DNA of 64,000 nt from an uncultured Alphaproteobacteria bacterium (GTDB lineage Bacteria; Pseudomonadota; Alphaproteobacteria; HIMB59; GCA-002718135), in contig CACNND010000001.1 of the NCBI GenBank assembly GCA_902621725.1, positions 8,562 through 72,561 of the forward strand, written 5' to 3'. Made by a program: the position numbers and the translations under genes. The notes under the pieces were generated by a model. It made no database searches and had not been told where the DNA came from. It worked only from the letters and a program-made list of their open reading frames with translations. Positions 34,418-45,002 of the stretch are shown one piece after another. Positions within the stretch are counted from its first letter, which is position 1. Each line of letters opens with the position of its first letter.

Positions 34418-35677
34418 ATGTTTAATAAAAATAAATACTCATTTCTATCTATTGCTAGAAACGCTTTGAGTCATCATGAGAATTGGCAGAAGACATGGAA
34501 TAGTCCTGAACCAAAAAAAAATTATGATGCAATAATAGTCGGTGGTGGTGGACATGGTTTAACTACTGCTTACTATTTAGCGAAAAACCATGGAATTAAT
34601 AATATTGCAGTAATTGAAAAGGGTTGGATAGGCGGGGGAAATACAGGGCGAAATACTACTATAATTAGATCAAACTATTTATGGGATCAAAGTGCAGCTT
34701 TGTACGAGCATGCATTAAAACTTTGGGAAGGTATGTCTCAAGAATTAAATTACAACGTAATGTTTTCTCAAAGAGGAGTTTTGAACGTTGCTCATAATCT
34801 TCATGATGTTAGAGAATTAAAAAGACGTTGGCATGCAAACAGACTAAATGATATTGATTGTGAATGGCTTGACACAAAGAAGGTCAAAGAATTTTGTCCA
34901 ATTATAAATACTTCACCAAATATTAGATATCCTGTTTTAGGGGCAACATTGCAAAGAAGAGCAGGAACTGCAAGACATGATGCTGTTGCATGGGGTTATG
35001 CTAGAGGAGCTGATGAGATGGGGGTTGATATAATTCAAAATTGCGAGGTAACTGGTATTAATGTAAAAAATGGAAATGTAACTGGTATTGAAACAACAAA
35101 AGGAACCATCAATTCAAATAAAATTGGAATAGCTGCTGCTGGTCATACCAGTGTTATTGCTAATATGGCAGGTATCAAATTACCTTTAGAGAGCAAACCA
35201 TTACAAGCTCTAGTATCAGAACCAGTAAAACCAGTTATTGATACTGTAGTAATGTCCAATACAATTCATGCGTATGTATCTCAATCAGATAAAGGAGAAT
35301 TAGTTATTGGAGCAGGAACAGATGGATACACATCATATACTCAAAGAGGCGGCTTTAATATTGTTGAAGATACCTTAATGGCAATCGTTGAATTGTTTCC
35401 AATATTTTCTAGAATGAAAATGCTTCGTCATTGGGGAGGAATTGTAGATATTTGTCCTGATGCAAGTCCGATTATCAGCAAAACTCATATAAACGGATTA
35501 TATTTTAACTGTGGTTGGGGAACAGGTGGTTTCAAAGCAACACCAGGTTCTGGTTGGGTATTCGCTCACACTATAGCTAATGATCAAGCACATGAATTAA
35601 ATGCTCCTTTTACAATAAACAGATTTTCTAGTGGTGAATTAGTTGATGAACATGGTGCAGCTGCCGTAGCACATTAA
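34418..35677 (+). CDS. soxB: Sarcosine oxidase subunit beta
   Basis: [57 protein letters not shown]. Confidence 0.96.
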   Translation: MFNKNKYSFLSIARNALSHHENWQKTWNSPEPKKNYDAIIVGGGGHGLTTAYYLAKNHGINNIAVIEKGWIGGGNTGRNTTIIRSNYLWDQSAALYEHALKLWEGMSQELNYNVMFSQRGVLNVAHNLHDVRELKRRWHANRLNDIDCEWLDTKKVKEFCPIINTSPNIRYPVLGATLQRRAGTARHDAVAWGYARGADEMGVDIIQNCEVTGINVKNGNVTGIETTKGTINSNKIGIAAAGHTSVIANMAGIKLPLESKPLQALVSEPVKPVIDTVVMSNTIHAYVSQSDKGELVIGAGTDGYTSYTQRGGFNIVEDTLMAIVELFPIFSRMKMLRHWGGIVDICPDASPIISKTHINGLYFNCGWGTGGFKATPGSGWVFAHTIANDQAHELNAPFTINRFSSGELVDEHGAAAVAH

Positions 35678-35680
35678 ATC

Positions 35681-36037
35681 ATGTTTTTAATAAATTGCCC
35701 TTACTGTGGAGAAAGAGATCAAGCTGAATTTTCTTGTGGAGGTGAAGCTCATATTGAAAGACCAAAAAATCCTCCTGAACTGTCTGATGATCAATGGGCA
35801 GAATATTTATTCTTACGAAAAAACGTAAAAGGTATTCATTATGAAAGATGGAACCATGAATATGGATGTAGACAATGGTTTAATTTAGCAAGAAATACGG
35901 CAACCGATGAAATTCTTGCAGTTTATAAGATGGGAGAAGCTCCTCCTAAATTAAAAGCAAATATTCCAGCTACTCCTTCAGGTGAGCCAAGTATTGGATC
36001 AGGGAATTTATCAACATCGAAAAAAGATAGATTTTAA
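35681..36037 (+). CDS. soxD: Sarcosine oxidase subunit delta
   Basis: INCPYCGER..EF..GGEAH, W.H..GCRQWFN. Confidence 0.96.
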   Translation: MFLINCPYCGERDQAEFSCGGEAHIERPKNPPELSDDQWAEYLFLRKNVKGIHYERWNHEYGCRQWFNLARNTATDEILAVYKMGEAPPKLKANIPATPSGEPSIGSGNLSTSKKDRF

Positions 36038-36045
36038 AAATAAAG

Positions 36046-39036
36046 ATGCGATACAAAAATAATAAAAATCTAGAAAATAATAAGTCTGTTAGGTTCTATT
36101 TTGATAATAAAGAATATTTTGGATTTGAAGGTGACACCCTAGCTTCAGCACTTCTTGCAAATAATGTTCACTTAGTTGGAAGAAGTTTTAAGTATCATCG
36201 ACCGCGAGGTATTTATACCGCAGGTAGTGAAGAACCTAATGGAATAGTTCAGCTTGAGACCAAAGAAAATACCGAACCTAATAGAAGAGTAACTGAAGTC
36301 CAGATATATGATGGGTTAAAAGCTTTTAGTCAAAATAATTGGCCGTCAGTGAAATTTGATGCTGGCGCTATAAATGATTTACTATCCCCATTTTTTCCTG
36401 CAGGATTTTATTACAAGACCTTTATGTGGCCGCCAAAGTTTTGGAAAGCATATGAGTTTTTTATAAGACACGCTGCAGGACTTGGTAAATCTCCAAAAAA
36501 AGATGATCCCCACAAATACGAACATTTTCATTATCATTGTGATGTTCTAGTTGTTGGAGCAGGAGTGAGTGGATTAATTTCAGCAGAAATTGCAGCAAAT
36601 AATAATTATAAAGTATTACTTATTGAGCAAGAAGATGATCTCGGAGGTGAAATTTTATCTACAAGAAATCAAGATATTAAAATAGATAACTTGCCAATTA
36701 ATGAATGGAAAAATAAAATCGTTGATAAACTTTCTAAAAATTCAAATATAAAAATAGTAAAAAATACAACTTGTTTTGCTTATTTAAATTATAATTTATT
36801 ATTAGCTGTCCAAGAAATTGATCCAGAAAAAGGATTATATAAAAAAAATGACATTAAAGAAAGAATTTGGAAAATTAGATCAAAGAAAGTTATTTTAGCA
36901 ACAGGCACAATAGAAAGACCAATAATTTTTAACAATAATGATAGGCCTGGTATTATGCTTTCTAACAGTGCGAAAAAATACTTAAATAAGTATGGAGTTG
37001 CACCTGGAAAAAATTTAGTTTTTTTTACAAACAATGATAGTGCCTATGAAACTGCAATAGATTTTTTTGAACAAGGTATAAAAGTAGAAGCTATTGTCGA
37101 TACAAGAGATAGTAGTGATGGATATTACCCTAAAAAGGCAAATAAATTAGGTATTACTATACTAAAAGGTTATGAAATTAGCGATACTGTTGGAAGATTA
37201 AAAATTAGAGAAGTTAAATTAAGAAAAATAAAAACTGAAAACAATAATGAAAAATCTTCTATTAATATAAAATGTGATCTTTTAGCAATTGCTGGTGGTT
37301 GGACTCCTACTGTTCATTTATTTACTCAATCAAAAGGAAAACTCAAATTTAGAGATGTAGATGGAAGTTTTATTCCTAATGAAGTTTATCAAGATACATT
37401 GTGTGTTGGCAGTTGCAATGGTGACTATAATTTAAATGAAATATTAATAAAAACTGAAGAAGATACATATAAATATTTAAATGATAATCAGCAAAATGAA
37501 CTTGGTGAAGTAAATTACAAATCAGATAATGTGAAGCATGGCAAACACGAAAATGTTTGGATTACATCAAAGAACATTATCTCAAGAACAAAAATGTTTG
37601 TAGATTTTCAAAACGATGTAACAGCAAAAGATATTAAACTAGCTTTAAAAGAGGGTTTTCAATCCATTGAACATGTCAAACGATATACAACTACAGGAAT
37701 GGCAACTGATCAAGGCAAGACCAGTAATGTAAATGCACTTGGAATAATATCAGAATTAACAAATATTGAAATCTCTGAATTAGGTACAACAACATTTCGT
37801 TTACCGTATAAACCCGTAACATTTGGAGCAATTGCTGGGCGTCATGTTAAAGAATTTTTTGATTTGGAGAGAACAAGCCCAATGCATCAATGGCATATTG
37901 ATAATAAAGCTTTATTTGAAGACGTAGGCCAATGGAAAAGAGCCTGGTATTATCCTCAAAAGAATGAAAGTTTTCAATCTGCTTTAAATAGAGAGGTAAA
38001 AGCAACTAGAGATAGTCTAGGAATATTAGATGCATCAACTCTTGGTAAAATAGATATTAAGGGTAGAGATGTAAGTGAATTTTTAAATAGAGTTTACACA
38101 AATTCATGGTCAAAATTAGAAATTGGAAAATGTCGATATGGTGTAATGTTAGGTGACGATGGAATGGTTATTGATGATGGTGTAACAACTAGATTAGACA
38201 AGTATCACTATCTTATGTCAACAACTACAGGAAATGCGGCATCAGTAATGTCAAAATTAGAAGATTGGTTACAAACAGAATGGCCAGAGTTAGAAGTATA
38301 TTTAACATCCGTAACAGAAAATTATGGAACGATAAGCTTAAATGGCCCAAATTCAAAAAAATTAATGCAAAAATTAGTTCCAAATTTTGATTTTTCAAAA
38401 GAAAATTTTTCTCATATGAGTTTTAAGAATATTAATATTAACGGAATAAAATGTAGAGTCATGCGTATAAGTTTTACTGGGGAAATGTGTTATGAAATAA
38501 ATGTGCCATCTGGCTATGCTAAAAATCTTTGGGAACTTTGCATAGATAAAGGTAAAGAATTTAATATTACGCCATATGGTACTGAAGCGATGCATGTACT
38601 TCGTGCTGAAAAAGGATTTATTATTGTTGGTCAAGAAACAGATGGATCAGTGACACCAGTAGATCTGGATATGGACTGGATAGTTAGTAAGAAGAAATAT
38701 GATTTTATTGGTAAAAGAGCATTATATAGAAGTGATACTATTAAAAAAGATAGGAAACAATTAGTTGGATTAAGAACTAAAGATCCAAATAAGGTTCTTG
38801 AAGAAGGATCTCAATTGGTTGAAGAAATAACTGCACTACCTATGAAAATGGTTGGTCACGTGACCTCTAGTTACTATTCACCTAATTTAAAAAGCTCTTT
38901 TGCTTTAGCTTTAATCAAAGGTGGTCTTGAAAAAAAAGGAAGTGTTTTAATTGCTCCAATGGAAAATGAAAATATTGAAGTAGAAATAACTAGTCCAATA
39001 TTTATTGATCCAGAGAATCAAAGGGTTAATCAATGA
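36046..39036 (+). CDS. soxA: Sarcosine oxidase subunit alpha
   Basis: GDTLASALLAN, RSFKYHRPRG, AGFYYKTFMWP, KRYTTTGMATDQGK, C-terminal GcvT-like domain. Confidence 0.97.
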   Translation: MRYKNNKNLENNKSVRFYFDNKEYFGFEGDTLASALLANNVHLVGRSFKYHRPRGIYTAGSEEPNGIVQLETKENTEPNRRVTEVQIYDGLKAFSQNNWPSVKFDAGAINDLLSPFFPAGFYYKTFMWPPKFWKAYEFFIRHAAGLGKSPKKDDPHKYEHFHYHCDVLVVGAGVSGLISAEIAANNNYKVLLIEQEDDLGGEILSTRNQDIKIDNLPINEWKNKIVDKLSKNSNIKIVKNTTCFAYLNYNLLLAVQEIDPEKGLYKKNDIKERIWKIRSKKVILATGTIERPIIFNNNDRPGIMLSNSAKKYLNKYGVAPGKNLVFFTNNDSAYETAIDFFEQGIKVEAIVDTRDSSDGYYPKKANKLGITILKGYEISDTVGRLKIREVKLRKIKTENNNEKSSINIKCDLLAIAGGWTPTVHLFTQSKGKLKFRDVDGSFIPNEVYQDTLCVGSCNGDYNLNEILIKTEEDTYKYLNDNQQNELGEVNYKSDNVKHGKHENVWITSKNIISRTKMFVDFQNDVTAKDIKLALKEGFQSIEHVKRYTTTGMATDQGKTSNVNALGIISELTNIEISELGTTTFRLPYKPVTFGAIAGRHVKEFFDLERTSPMHQWHIDNKALFEDVGQWKRAWYYPQKNESFQSALNREVKATRDSLGILDASTLGKIDIKGRDVSEFLNRVYTNSWSKLEIGKCRYGVMLGDDGMVIDDGVTTRLDKYHYLMSTTTGNAASVMSKLEDWLQTEWPELEVYLTSVTENYGTISLNGPNSKKLMQKLVPNFDFSKENFSHMSFKNININGIKCRVMRISFTGEMCYEINVPSGYAKNLWELCIDKGKEFNITPYGTEAMHVLRAEKGFIIVGQETDGSVTPVDLDMDWIVSKKKYDFIGKRALYRSDTIKKDRKQLVGLRTKDPNKVLEEGSQLVEEITALPMKMVGHVTSSYYSPNLKSSFALALIKGGLEKKGSVLIAPMENENIEVEITSPIFIDPENQRVNQ

Positions 39037-39608
39037 GTTTAACTTACAGTAATGTTTTGAATATAAATAAAAAAAATTACAATGGAGTAACAATCGAAGA
39101 AAGAGCTTTATCAGGTAAAATAAATATACGAGGCAAAAGTTCAGATAAAGAATTTATGAAAAATATAGGCTCAGTATTAAACCTGGTTTTACCAATTGAG
39201 CCAAATGTAAGAATTTTTAATAATAATATTAGTATTATGTGGCTTGGTCCTAATGAATGGTTAGTCGAAGCACCAGAAAATGAGAAAGATGAAATTATTT
39301 CTCTTTTAGAATCTAAACTTAATCCAGAAAAAACAGCAATAACTGATGTTTCATTTAATAAAACTGTTTTACGGCTTGAAGGGGAAAAGGTATTTATTTT
39401 ACTTTCTAAATTTCTTGTTGCGAACTTAGAAAAAATTTTGGAAACTAATTTTTCTGTAGCTCAAACTATATTTATAAAAATTCCAATACTTTTTATTAGA
39501 AATAATACTGATAAGGAAGAAACTTCATTAGATTTACATTTAAACAGATCACATGCAAAATATGTTTATGATTTATTAGTTGATGGTAGTAAAAATCTTA
39601 ATATTTAA
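39033..39608 (+). CDS. soxG: Sarcosine oxidase subunit gamma
   Basis: KINIRG, WLGPNEWL, TDVS, RSHA.Y; overlaps the soxA stop. Confidence 0.88.
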   Translation: MSLTYSNVLNINKKNYNGVTIEERALSGKINIRGKSSDKEFMKNIGSVLNLVLPIEPNVRIFNNNISIMWLGPNEWLVEAPENEKDEIISLLESKLNPEKTAITDVSFNKTVLRLEGEKVFILLSKFLVANLEKILETNFSVAQTIFIKIPILFIRNNTDKEETSLDLHLNRSHAKYVYDLLVDGSKNLNI

Positions 39609-40062
39609 TTTATTTTTTATCTTAATTTCATTAAGCACAGTATCATCTGGCAAAACTATATTTGGAAAAGCAAAAGTAATTGATGGTGATACTATACATA
39701 TTAATAAAAATAAAATAAGACTACATGCTATTGATGCCCCTGAGACAAATCAAACATGTAATAAAAATAGTAAAGTCTGGAATTGTGGTGTGGAATCAAC
39801 AAAGTTCTTAAAGGAATTAATTGGTAATAATAAAATTGAATGCATCACAAAAGGTAAGGATCGATATAATAGATTTATTGGAATCTGCTATAAAGATAAT
39901 TTAGATTTAAATAGTGCAATGGTTCTTAATGGATGGGCAATAGCTTATCGCTATTATTCAAAAGATTATATTGAAGAAGAAGAGGATGCAAAACGAGATA
40001 AAAAGGGTATATGGATTGGGGATTTTGAAGAACCCTATTTATTCAGAAAGAAAAATAAATAA
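39583..40062 (+). CDS. Secreted thermonuclease (SNase-like)
   Basis: Signal peptide, VIDGDT, IRLHAIDAPE, DRYNR, MVLNGWA, A...KKGIW. Confidence 0.88.
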   Translation: MVVKILIFNLFFILISLSTVSSGKTIFGKAKVIDGDTIHINKNKIRLHAIDAPETNQTCNKNSKVWNCGVESTKFLKELIGNNKIECITKGKDRYNRFIGICYKDNLDLNSAMVLNGWAIAYRYYSKDYIEEEEDAKRDKKGIWIGDFEEPYLFRKKNK

Positions 40063-40734
40063 TCAACCATGATGTTGGGAATCTTTTAAATAAATTAAAT
40101 CTTCTATTTCTTTATCTTTATTTTTAATTATTTTTTTTAGTTCATTTAATTCATTTTCGATACTTCGATTTTTTTGTTCAATTTGTCTAAGTTCTGATTT
40201 TAGTATTGAATTTTCAATATTTACTTCTTCCATATCTTCAGTTGATGCAGAACTTTCTAATTCTATTTCTAATTTTTGAACAAGATTTTCGTATTTTGAT
40301 AATTGTTTATTTAATTCAGCTATTTTATTTTCAAGCGTGTTAAGTTTCTCAATACTTTCCGAATTATTTTCTAAAGTGTTATTTTCTAGATCTGATATAT
40401 TGTTTAGAGATTGTTCATAATCATTCTTAATTGTATCAAATGATTCATTTAATTCACTTATTTCTTCACGTAAGTTTTTTATTTGATCGTCTCTAAATTT
40501 TAATCGCTGATCTTTTTGGAATATCTCAAGTTTAAGTTCTTCTATTTCAGATCGTAAACTTGATTCATCAACAACATTGCTAGGAATGATTTCAATAGGT
40601 GGCTCAGTTTGATCAGTCGAAAAATCTAAAGAAGGGAAATAGAAAAAAATACCAAAGATAACTATAATTGAAATGACTGTTAAGATTCTGTTTCTTCTTC
40701 TTCTTCTTGCTTGTAAACCAACAAAACCTACCAT
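40063..40734 (-). CDS. Bitopic membrane protein with long coiled coil
   Basis: RRRRR, then a TM helix, then about 160 aa of heptad-rich acidic sequence. Confidence 0.7.
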   Translation of the reverse strand: MVGFVGLQARRRRRNRILTVISIIVIFGIFFYFPSLDFSTDQTEPPIEIIPSNVVDESSLRSEIEELKLEIFQKDQRLKFRDDQIKNLREEISELNESFDTIKNDYEQSLNNISDLENNTLENNSESIEKLNTLENKIAELNKQLSKYENLVQKLEIELESSASTEDMEEVNIENSILKSELRQIEQKNRSIENELNELKKIIKNKDKEIEDLIYLKDSQHHG

Positions 40735-40772
40735 ACGAACTCTATAAAACGGTAAGTGTAAAAAATAAATAT

Positions 40773-41603
40773 TTAATTATTAAATTGTGGGTCTAAAGAA
40801 TATGTGGTTGACCTTAAGTACTGAGTAATTTTTTTGATATCTCCAATTTTTACAAGGTTTTCGTAAGGTATAAGTGAACCAAAGTACATATGGATATCAT
40901 CACCTATCTTTCTTTTCAGTTCATACATACATAGAGAGTATCTAAATGTTTGTCCTATTTTATTAGCAATGTGGTAAAGTTGACTATTTTGACCGTCAAA
41001 AAAAATTGGTAACACAGGGCTTTTAGTTTTAAGAACTAGTTTCGATACCCATTGTTTCCACTCACCATCGTCAGCTTTTGTATTTTTATGTAAGTTTTGT
41101 TTAGTTGCTATCTTTCCAGAAGGAAAAAGAACTAGAACACCTTCATTATGCAAAACTTTTTCAGCTTCTTTACGTGTATTAATGTTAGTTATTAGAGCTT
41201 CTTTATTTTCATTAAAATCAATAGGTAATATTTTGTCTTTTACTGCCTCTGCTTGCCTTAAGACTTTATGTGTAACCATTTTATAATCTTGTCTTACTTT
41301 TGAAATTGCTGAACATATGGATACACCATCTGCAACTCCAAAAGCATGATTTGCTATAACAATTAATTTTCCTTTTTTTGGAATATAACTACCGTCCTGA
41401 AAATTAGTTATTAAAGTAAAATTTAATTTATCTACTGCATCATCCCAAAAAAGCTCAGGAGGTCTATTTTCAGATAAATATTCATCATATAATTTTTTTA
41501 ATTTTAATTTTCCTGTTAATAATTCAGTAATCTTAATAAATATTTGACCAATAAAATTTACTTCCGCTGTTGCAAATGTAAATACAATTTTATTATTATT
41601 CAT
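40773..41603 (-). CDS. PlsC-family lysophospholipid/ornithine-lipid-type acyltransferase
   Basis: IANHAFGVADG (HX4D), LFPSG, PVLPIFF.G.NS. Confidence 0.82.
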   Translation of the reverse strand: MNNNKIVFTFATAEVNFIGQIFIKITELLTGKLKLKKLYDEYLSENRPPELFWDDAVDKLNFTLITNFQDGSYIPKKGKLIVIANHAFGVADGVSICSAISKVRQDYKMVTHKVLRQAEAVKDKILPIDFNENKEALITNINTRKEAEKVLHNEGVLVLFPSGKIATKQNLHKNTKADDGEWKQWVSKLVLKTKSPVLPIFFDGQNSQLYHIANKIGQTFRYSLCMYELKRKIGDDIHMYFGSLIPYENLVKIGDIKKITQYLRSTTYSLDPQFNN

Positions 41604-41649
41604 AATGAAAATGAATTAATTTAAATAAAATAAAGTTTTTTCAAATATA

Positions 41650-43278
41650 TTACATATTTGCATAATTTGGCCCCCCACTACCTTCAGGTACAACCCAATT
41701 TATGTTTTGTGATGGCTCTTTAATATCACATGTTTTACAATGAATACAGTTTTGTGCATTAATTACAAATTTAGGATTTTGAATATCTGTTTTATCAATC
41801 TCATACACACCAGCAGGACAATATCTTTGAGATGGCTCATCATAAGCATTTAAGGTAAATTTTATTGGCAATTCCTTATCTTTTAATTGTAAATGTACTG
41901 GCTGATCAGCTTCATGGTTAGTTCCAGTCAAATAAACAGAGCTGGTTTTATCAAAAGTAAATATTCCATCATATTTTGGATAATCTATTTTTTTTGAATC
42001 TTTTGCTAATTGTAAAGATTCATGATCAGCATGTTTGTGTTTTAGTGTAAAAGGAAGCCTGCCTCTAAATATTATTTGATCAATTCCTGTAAATATTATT
42101 GCAGGTATTAGTCCCCAATTAAAACTAGGTTTTACATTCCTTGCAGCAAACAATTCTTTATAAAGCCATGAACGTTTAAATTTATCTTCATATGCTGCAA
42201 GAGGTACAGATTTACTTAAATAATCATTAATTGTTTCAGCAGCTATGATTCCACTTTTCATTGCAGTATGTGAACCTTTAATCTTTGGCATATTTAAGGT
42301 TCCTGCATCACACCCAACTAGTAATGCACCTGGCATAAACATTTTAGGTAAACTTTGAATACCACCTTCAATAAGTGCCCTTGCTCCATAAGCAATACGT
42401 TTTCCATTAATGAGAATTTTCTTAATTGCTGGGTGAGTTTTAAATTTTTGAAATTCATCGTAAGGGGATAAATATGGATTTTTATAATCAAGACCGATTA
42501 CGTATCCTAAAAATATTTGTTTATTTTCAGCATGATAACAAAAACTGCCACCATAAGTTGCATTATCTAATGGCCATCCCGCAGTATGCATGACAAGACC
42601 TTCTTCATGCTGAGTTTCATCTACTTCCCAAATTTCTTTAAACCCAATTCCGTATTGTTGTGGTGACTTATCTTTTGATAAATTATATTTTTTAATTAAT
42701 TCTTTTCCTAAATGACCTCTACAACCCTCAGCAAAGACTGTTACTTTAGCATTAATATTTATTCCTGGTTCAAAACTATCTTTTTTGTTACCATCTTTAT
42801 CAATACCCATATCACCAGTTTGTACACCAATTACATGATCTTCATCTGAATATAATATTTTAGATGCCGCAAATCCTGGAAAAATTTCTACTCCTAAATT
42901 TTCAGCCTCACTTGCAAGCCATCTACATAAATTTGCAAGACTTATGATATAATTCTTATGATTTTTTTGTACACTAGGAAGAAGCCATGTAGGCCAATTT
43001 AACGAGCCTTTCTTAGATAAGAATAAAAACTTTTCTTTTGTTACTTTAGTTTTAATTGGTGAGTCTTTACTTCTCCAATCAGGTATTAATTCATCGAGTG
43101 CTCTTGTTTCAAACACATTACCACTTAAAATATGGGCTCCTACCTCTGACCCCTTTTCTAATACACAAACATTAATTTCTGGGTTCAGCTGTTTTAGTTT
43201 AATTGCAGTTGAAAGGCCTGATGGACCAGCACCTACCACTACAACATCATAGTCCATTGACTCGCGTTCTACTTCCAT
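41650..43278 (-). CDS. ETF:ubiquinone oxidoreductase
   Basis: VGAGPSG, GAHILSG, AEGCRG, KIKGSHTAM, CPAGVYE, NCIHCKTCDIK 4Fe-4S motif. Confidence 0.97.
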   Translation of the reverse strand: MEVERESMDYDVVVVGAGPSGLSTAIKLKQLNPEINVCVLEKGSEVGAHILSGNVFETRALDELIPDWRSKDSPIKTKVTKEKFLFLSKKGSLNWPTWLLPSVQKNHKNYIISLANLCRWLASEAENLGVEIFPGFAASKILYSDEDHVIGVQTGDMGIDKDGNKKDSFEPGININAKVTVFAEGCRGHLGKELIKKYNLSKDKSPQQYGIGFKEIWEVDETQHEEGLVMHTAGWPLDNATYGGSFCYHAENKQIFLGYVIGLDYKNPYLSPYDEFQKFKTHPAIKKILINGKRIAYGARALIEGGIQSLPKMFMPGALLVGCDAGTLNMPKIKGSHTAMKSGIIAAETINDYLSKSVPLAAYEDKFKRSWLYKELFAARNVKPSFNWGLIPAIIFTGIDQIIFRGRLPFTLKHKHADHESLQLAKDSKKIDYPKYDGIFTFDKTSSVYLTGTNHEADQPVHLQLKDKELPIKFTLNAYDEPSQRYCPAGVYEIDKTDIQNPKFVINAQNCIHCKTCDIKEPSQNINWVVPEGSGGPNYANM

Positions 43279-43301
43279 TTTATTTATTGTAATAAATTAA
43301 T

Positions 43302-44255
43302 TTATTGTTGAATAGTATTTAATTTATCTAGTTCAGAAGATAATTGGGGCAATGCTTCAAATAAATCAGCGTTTAATCCATAGTCAGCGACATTAAATAT
43401 TGGTGCTTCTTCATCTTTATTGATTGCAACAATTACCTTACTTTCTTTCATACCCGCTAAGTGCTGTATTGCACCAGAAATTCCGACGGCAATATACAAA
43501 TCTGGGACAACTACTTTGCCAGTTTGCCCAACTTGATAATCATTAGAAACATAACCAGCATCTACAGCAGCACGAGAAGCTCCAACTGCCGCATTAAGCT
43601 TATCTGCTATTTCATTTAAAAGTTTAAAATTTTCAGCGCTTTGTAATCCTCTGCCACCGGATATCACAACTCGAGCAGTACTTAACTCTGGTCTTTCAGA
43701 TTGAGATTCTTCTCTATCTATAAATTCAACACTGCCACTATCATTATCAAAAGAAATATTTTCGACCTGTTCTTTTCCACCGCTAGTTTCTAAAGGGTCA
43801 AACGATGTTGGTCTTACTGTTACTACTTTAATCTTATCATTTGATTTAACTGTTGCAATAGCGTTACCAGCGTAAATTGGCCTCATAAAAGTATCGGAAC
43901 TTATTATTTTTATAACATCACTAATTTGTGCAATATCTAGTTTAACGGCAATTCTAGGAAAAATATTTTTACCAAATGTTGTTGCAGGTGCCATTATGTG
44001 GGAATAATTATTAGCCAAAGATAGAACGATAGGCTCAATGTTTTCAGCAATTGGGTTTTTAAGTTTTTCATTATTGGCTAAATATACTTTTGAAACTTTT
44101 TCACATTTAGAGATATTTTTAGCTAACTCTTCACATTCATAGCCTGTTACCAAAACATGGATATCTTGGTCTATTTGCGATGCTGCAGATATAGTATTTA
44201 GGGTTGATGATTTGATATCTATATTATTATGTTCTGCTAATACTAATATTGTCAT
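43302..44255 (-). CDS. etfA: Electron transfer flavoprotein alpha
   Basis: [36 protein letters not shown]. Confidence 0.98.
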   Translation of the reverse strand: MTILVLAEHNNIDIKSSTLNTISAASQIDQDIHVLVTGYECEELAKNISKCEKVSKVYLANNEKLKNPIAENIEPIVLSLANNYSHIMAPATTFGKNIFPRIAVKLDIAQISDVIKIISSDTFMRPIYAGNAIATVKSNDKIKVVTVRPTSFDPLETSGGKEQVENISFDNDSGSVEFIDREESQSERPELSTARVVISGGRGLQSAENFKLLNEIADKLNAAVGASRAAVDAGYVSNDYQVGQTGKVVVPDLYIAVGISGAIQHLAGMKESKVIVAINKDEEAPIFNVADYGLNADLFEALPQLSSELDKLNTIQQ

Positions 44256-45001
44256 ATAACTTTTGCCTCATGTTTTAGTTTTTGAACCAATTCAGCAACA
44301 TCACTTACCATAATTCCTTTTTGTCTAACAGGTGGTTCTTCTACTTTTATTTGTTCAATTCTAGGTTCTATATTTATACCAAGTGAAGATGCTTCTTTTG
44401 TATCAATTGGTTTTTTCTTTGCTTTCATTATATTTGGTAAAGAAGCATACCTAGGTTCATTCAGTCTAAGATCACATGATGCTACAAATGGTATAGACAC
44501 TTTTATTCTTTCTAAACCTTCATCTATTTCTCTAGTAACAATTGCATTTTGACCATCAATTTCAATTTTAGATGCAAATGTGGCCTGAGGCCAATTGAGT
44601 AATGCAGATGTCATTTGACCAGTTTGATTAGAGTCATCATCGATTGCTTGTTTTCCCATTAAAATAATTGATGGTTTTTCTTCTTCAGCAACTTTAGAAA
44701 TTATTTTAGAAATAGCTAGAGGTTCTAAATCATTGTCTGTTTTAATATGAATACCCCTATCAGCTCCCATTGCTAATGCAGTTCTAATAGTTTCTTGCGC
44801 CTTATCATTACCTATAGAAAGGATTATAATCTCATCTGCTTTACCAGCTTCTTTTATTCGTAGAGCTTCTTCTACTGCGTTTTCATCAGGAGGATTCATG
44901 GACATTTTTACATTATCTTTTTCAACTCCAGAACCATCAGCTTTAACCCTGATTTGAACATTATAATCTATGACTCTTTTTACGGTAACAAGTAACTTCA
45001 T
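44252..45001 (-). CDS. etfB: Electron transfer flavoprotein beta
   Basis: [34 protein letters not shown]. Confidence 0.98.
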   Translation of the reverse strand: MKLLVTVKRVIDYNVQIRVKADGSGVEKDNVKMSMNPPDENAVEEALRIKEAGKADEIIILSIGNDKAQETIRTALAMGADRGIHIKTDNDLEPLAISKIISKVAEEEKPSIILMGKQAIDDDSNQTGQMTSALLNWPQATFASKIEIDGQNAIVTREIDEGLERIKVSIPFVASCDLRLNEPRYASLPNIMKAKKKPIDTKEASSLGINIEPRIEQIKVEEPPVRQKGIMVSDVAELVQKLKHEAKVI

Positions 45002-45002
45002 A

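Noticed and set aside
34418-39608. sox as sulfur-oxidation genes
   Set aside because: Motifs and B-D-A-G order are those of heterotetrameric sarcosine oxidase.
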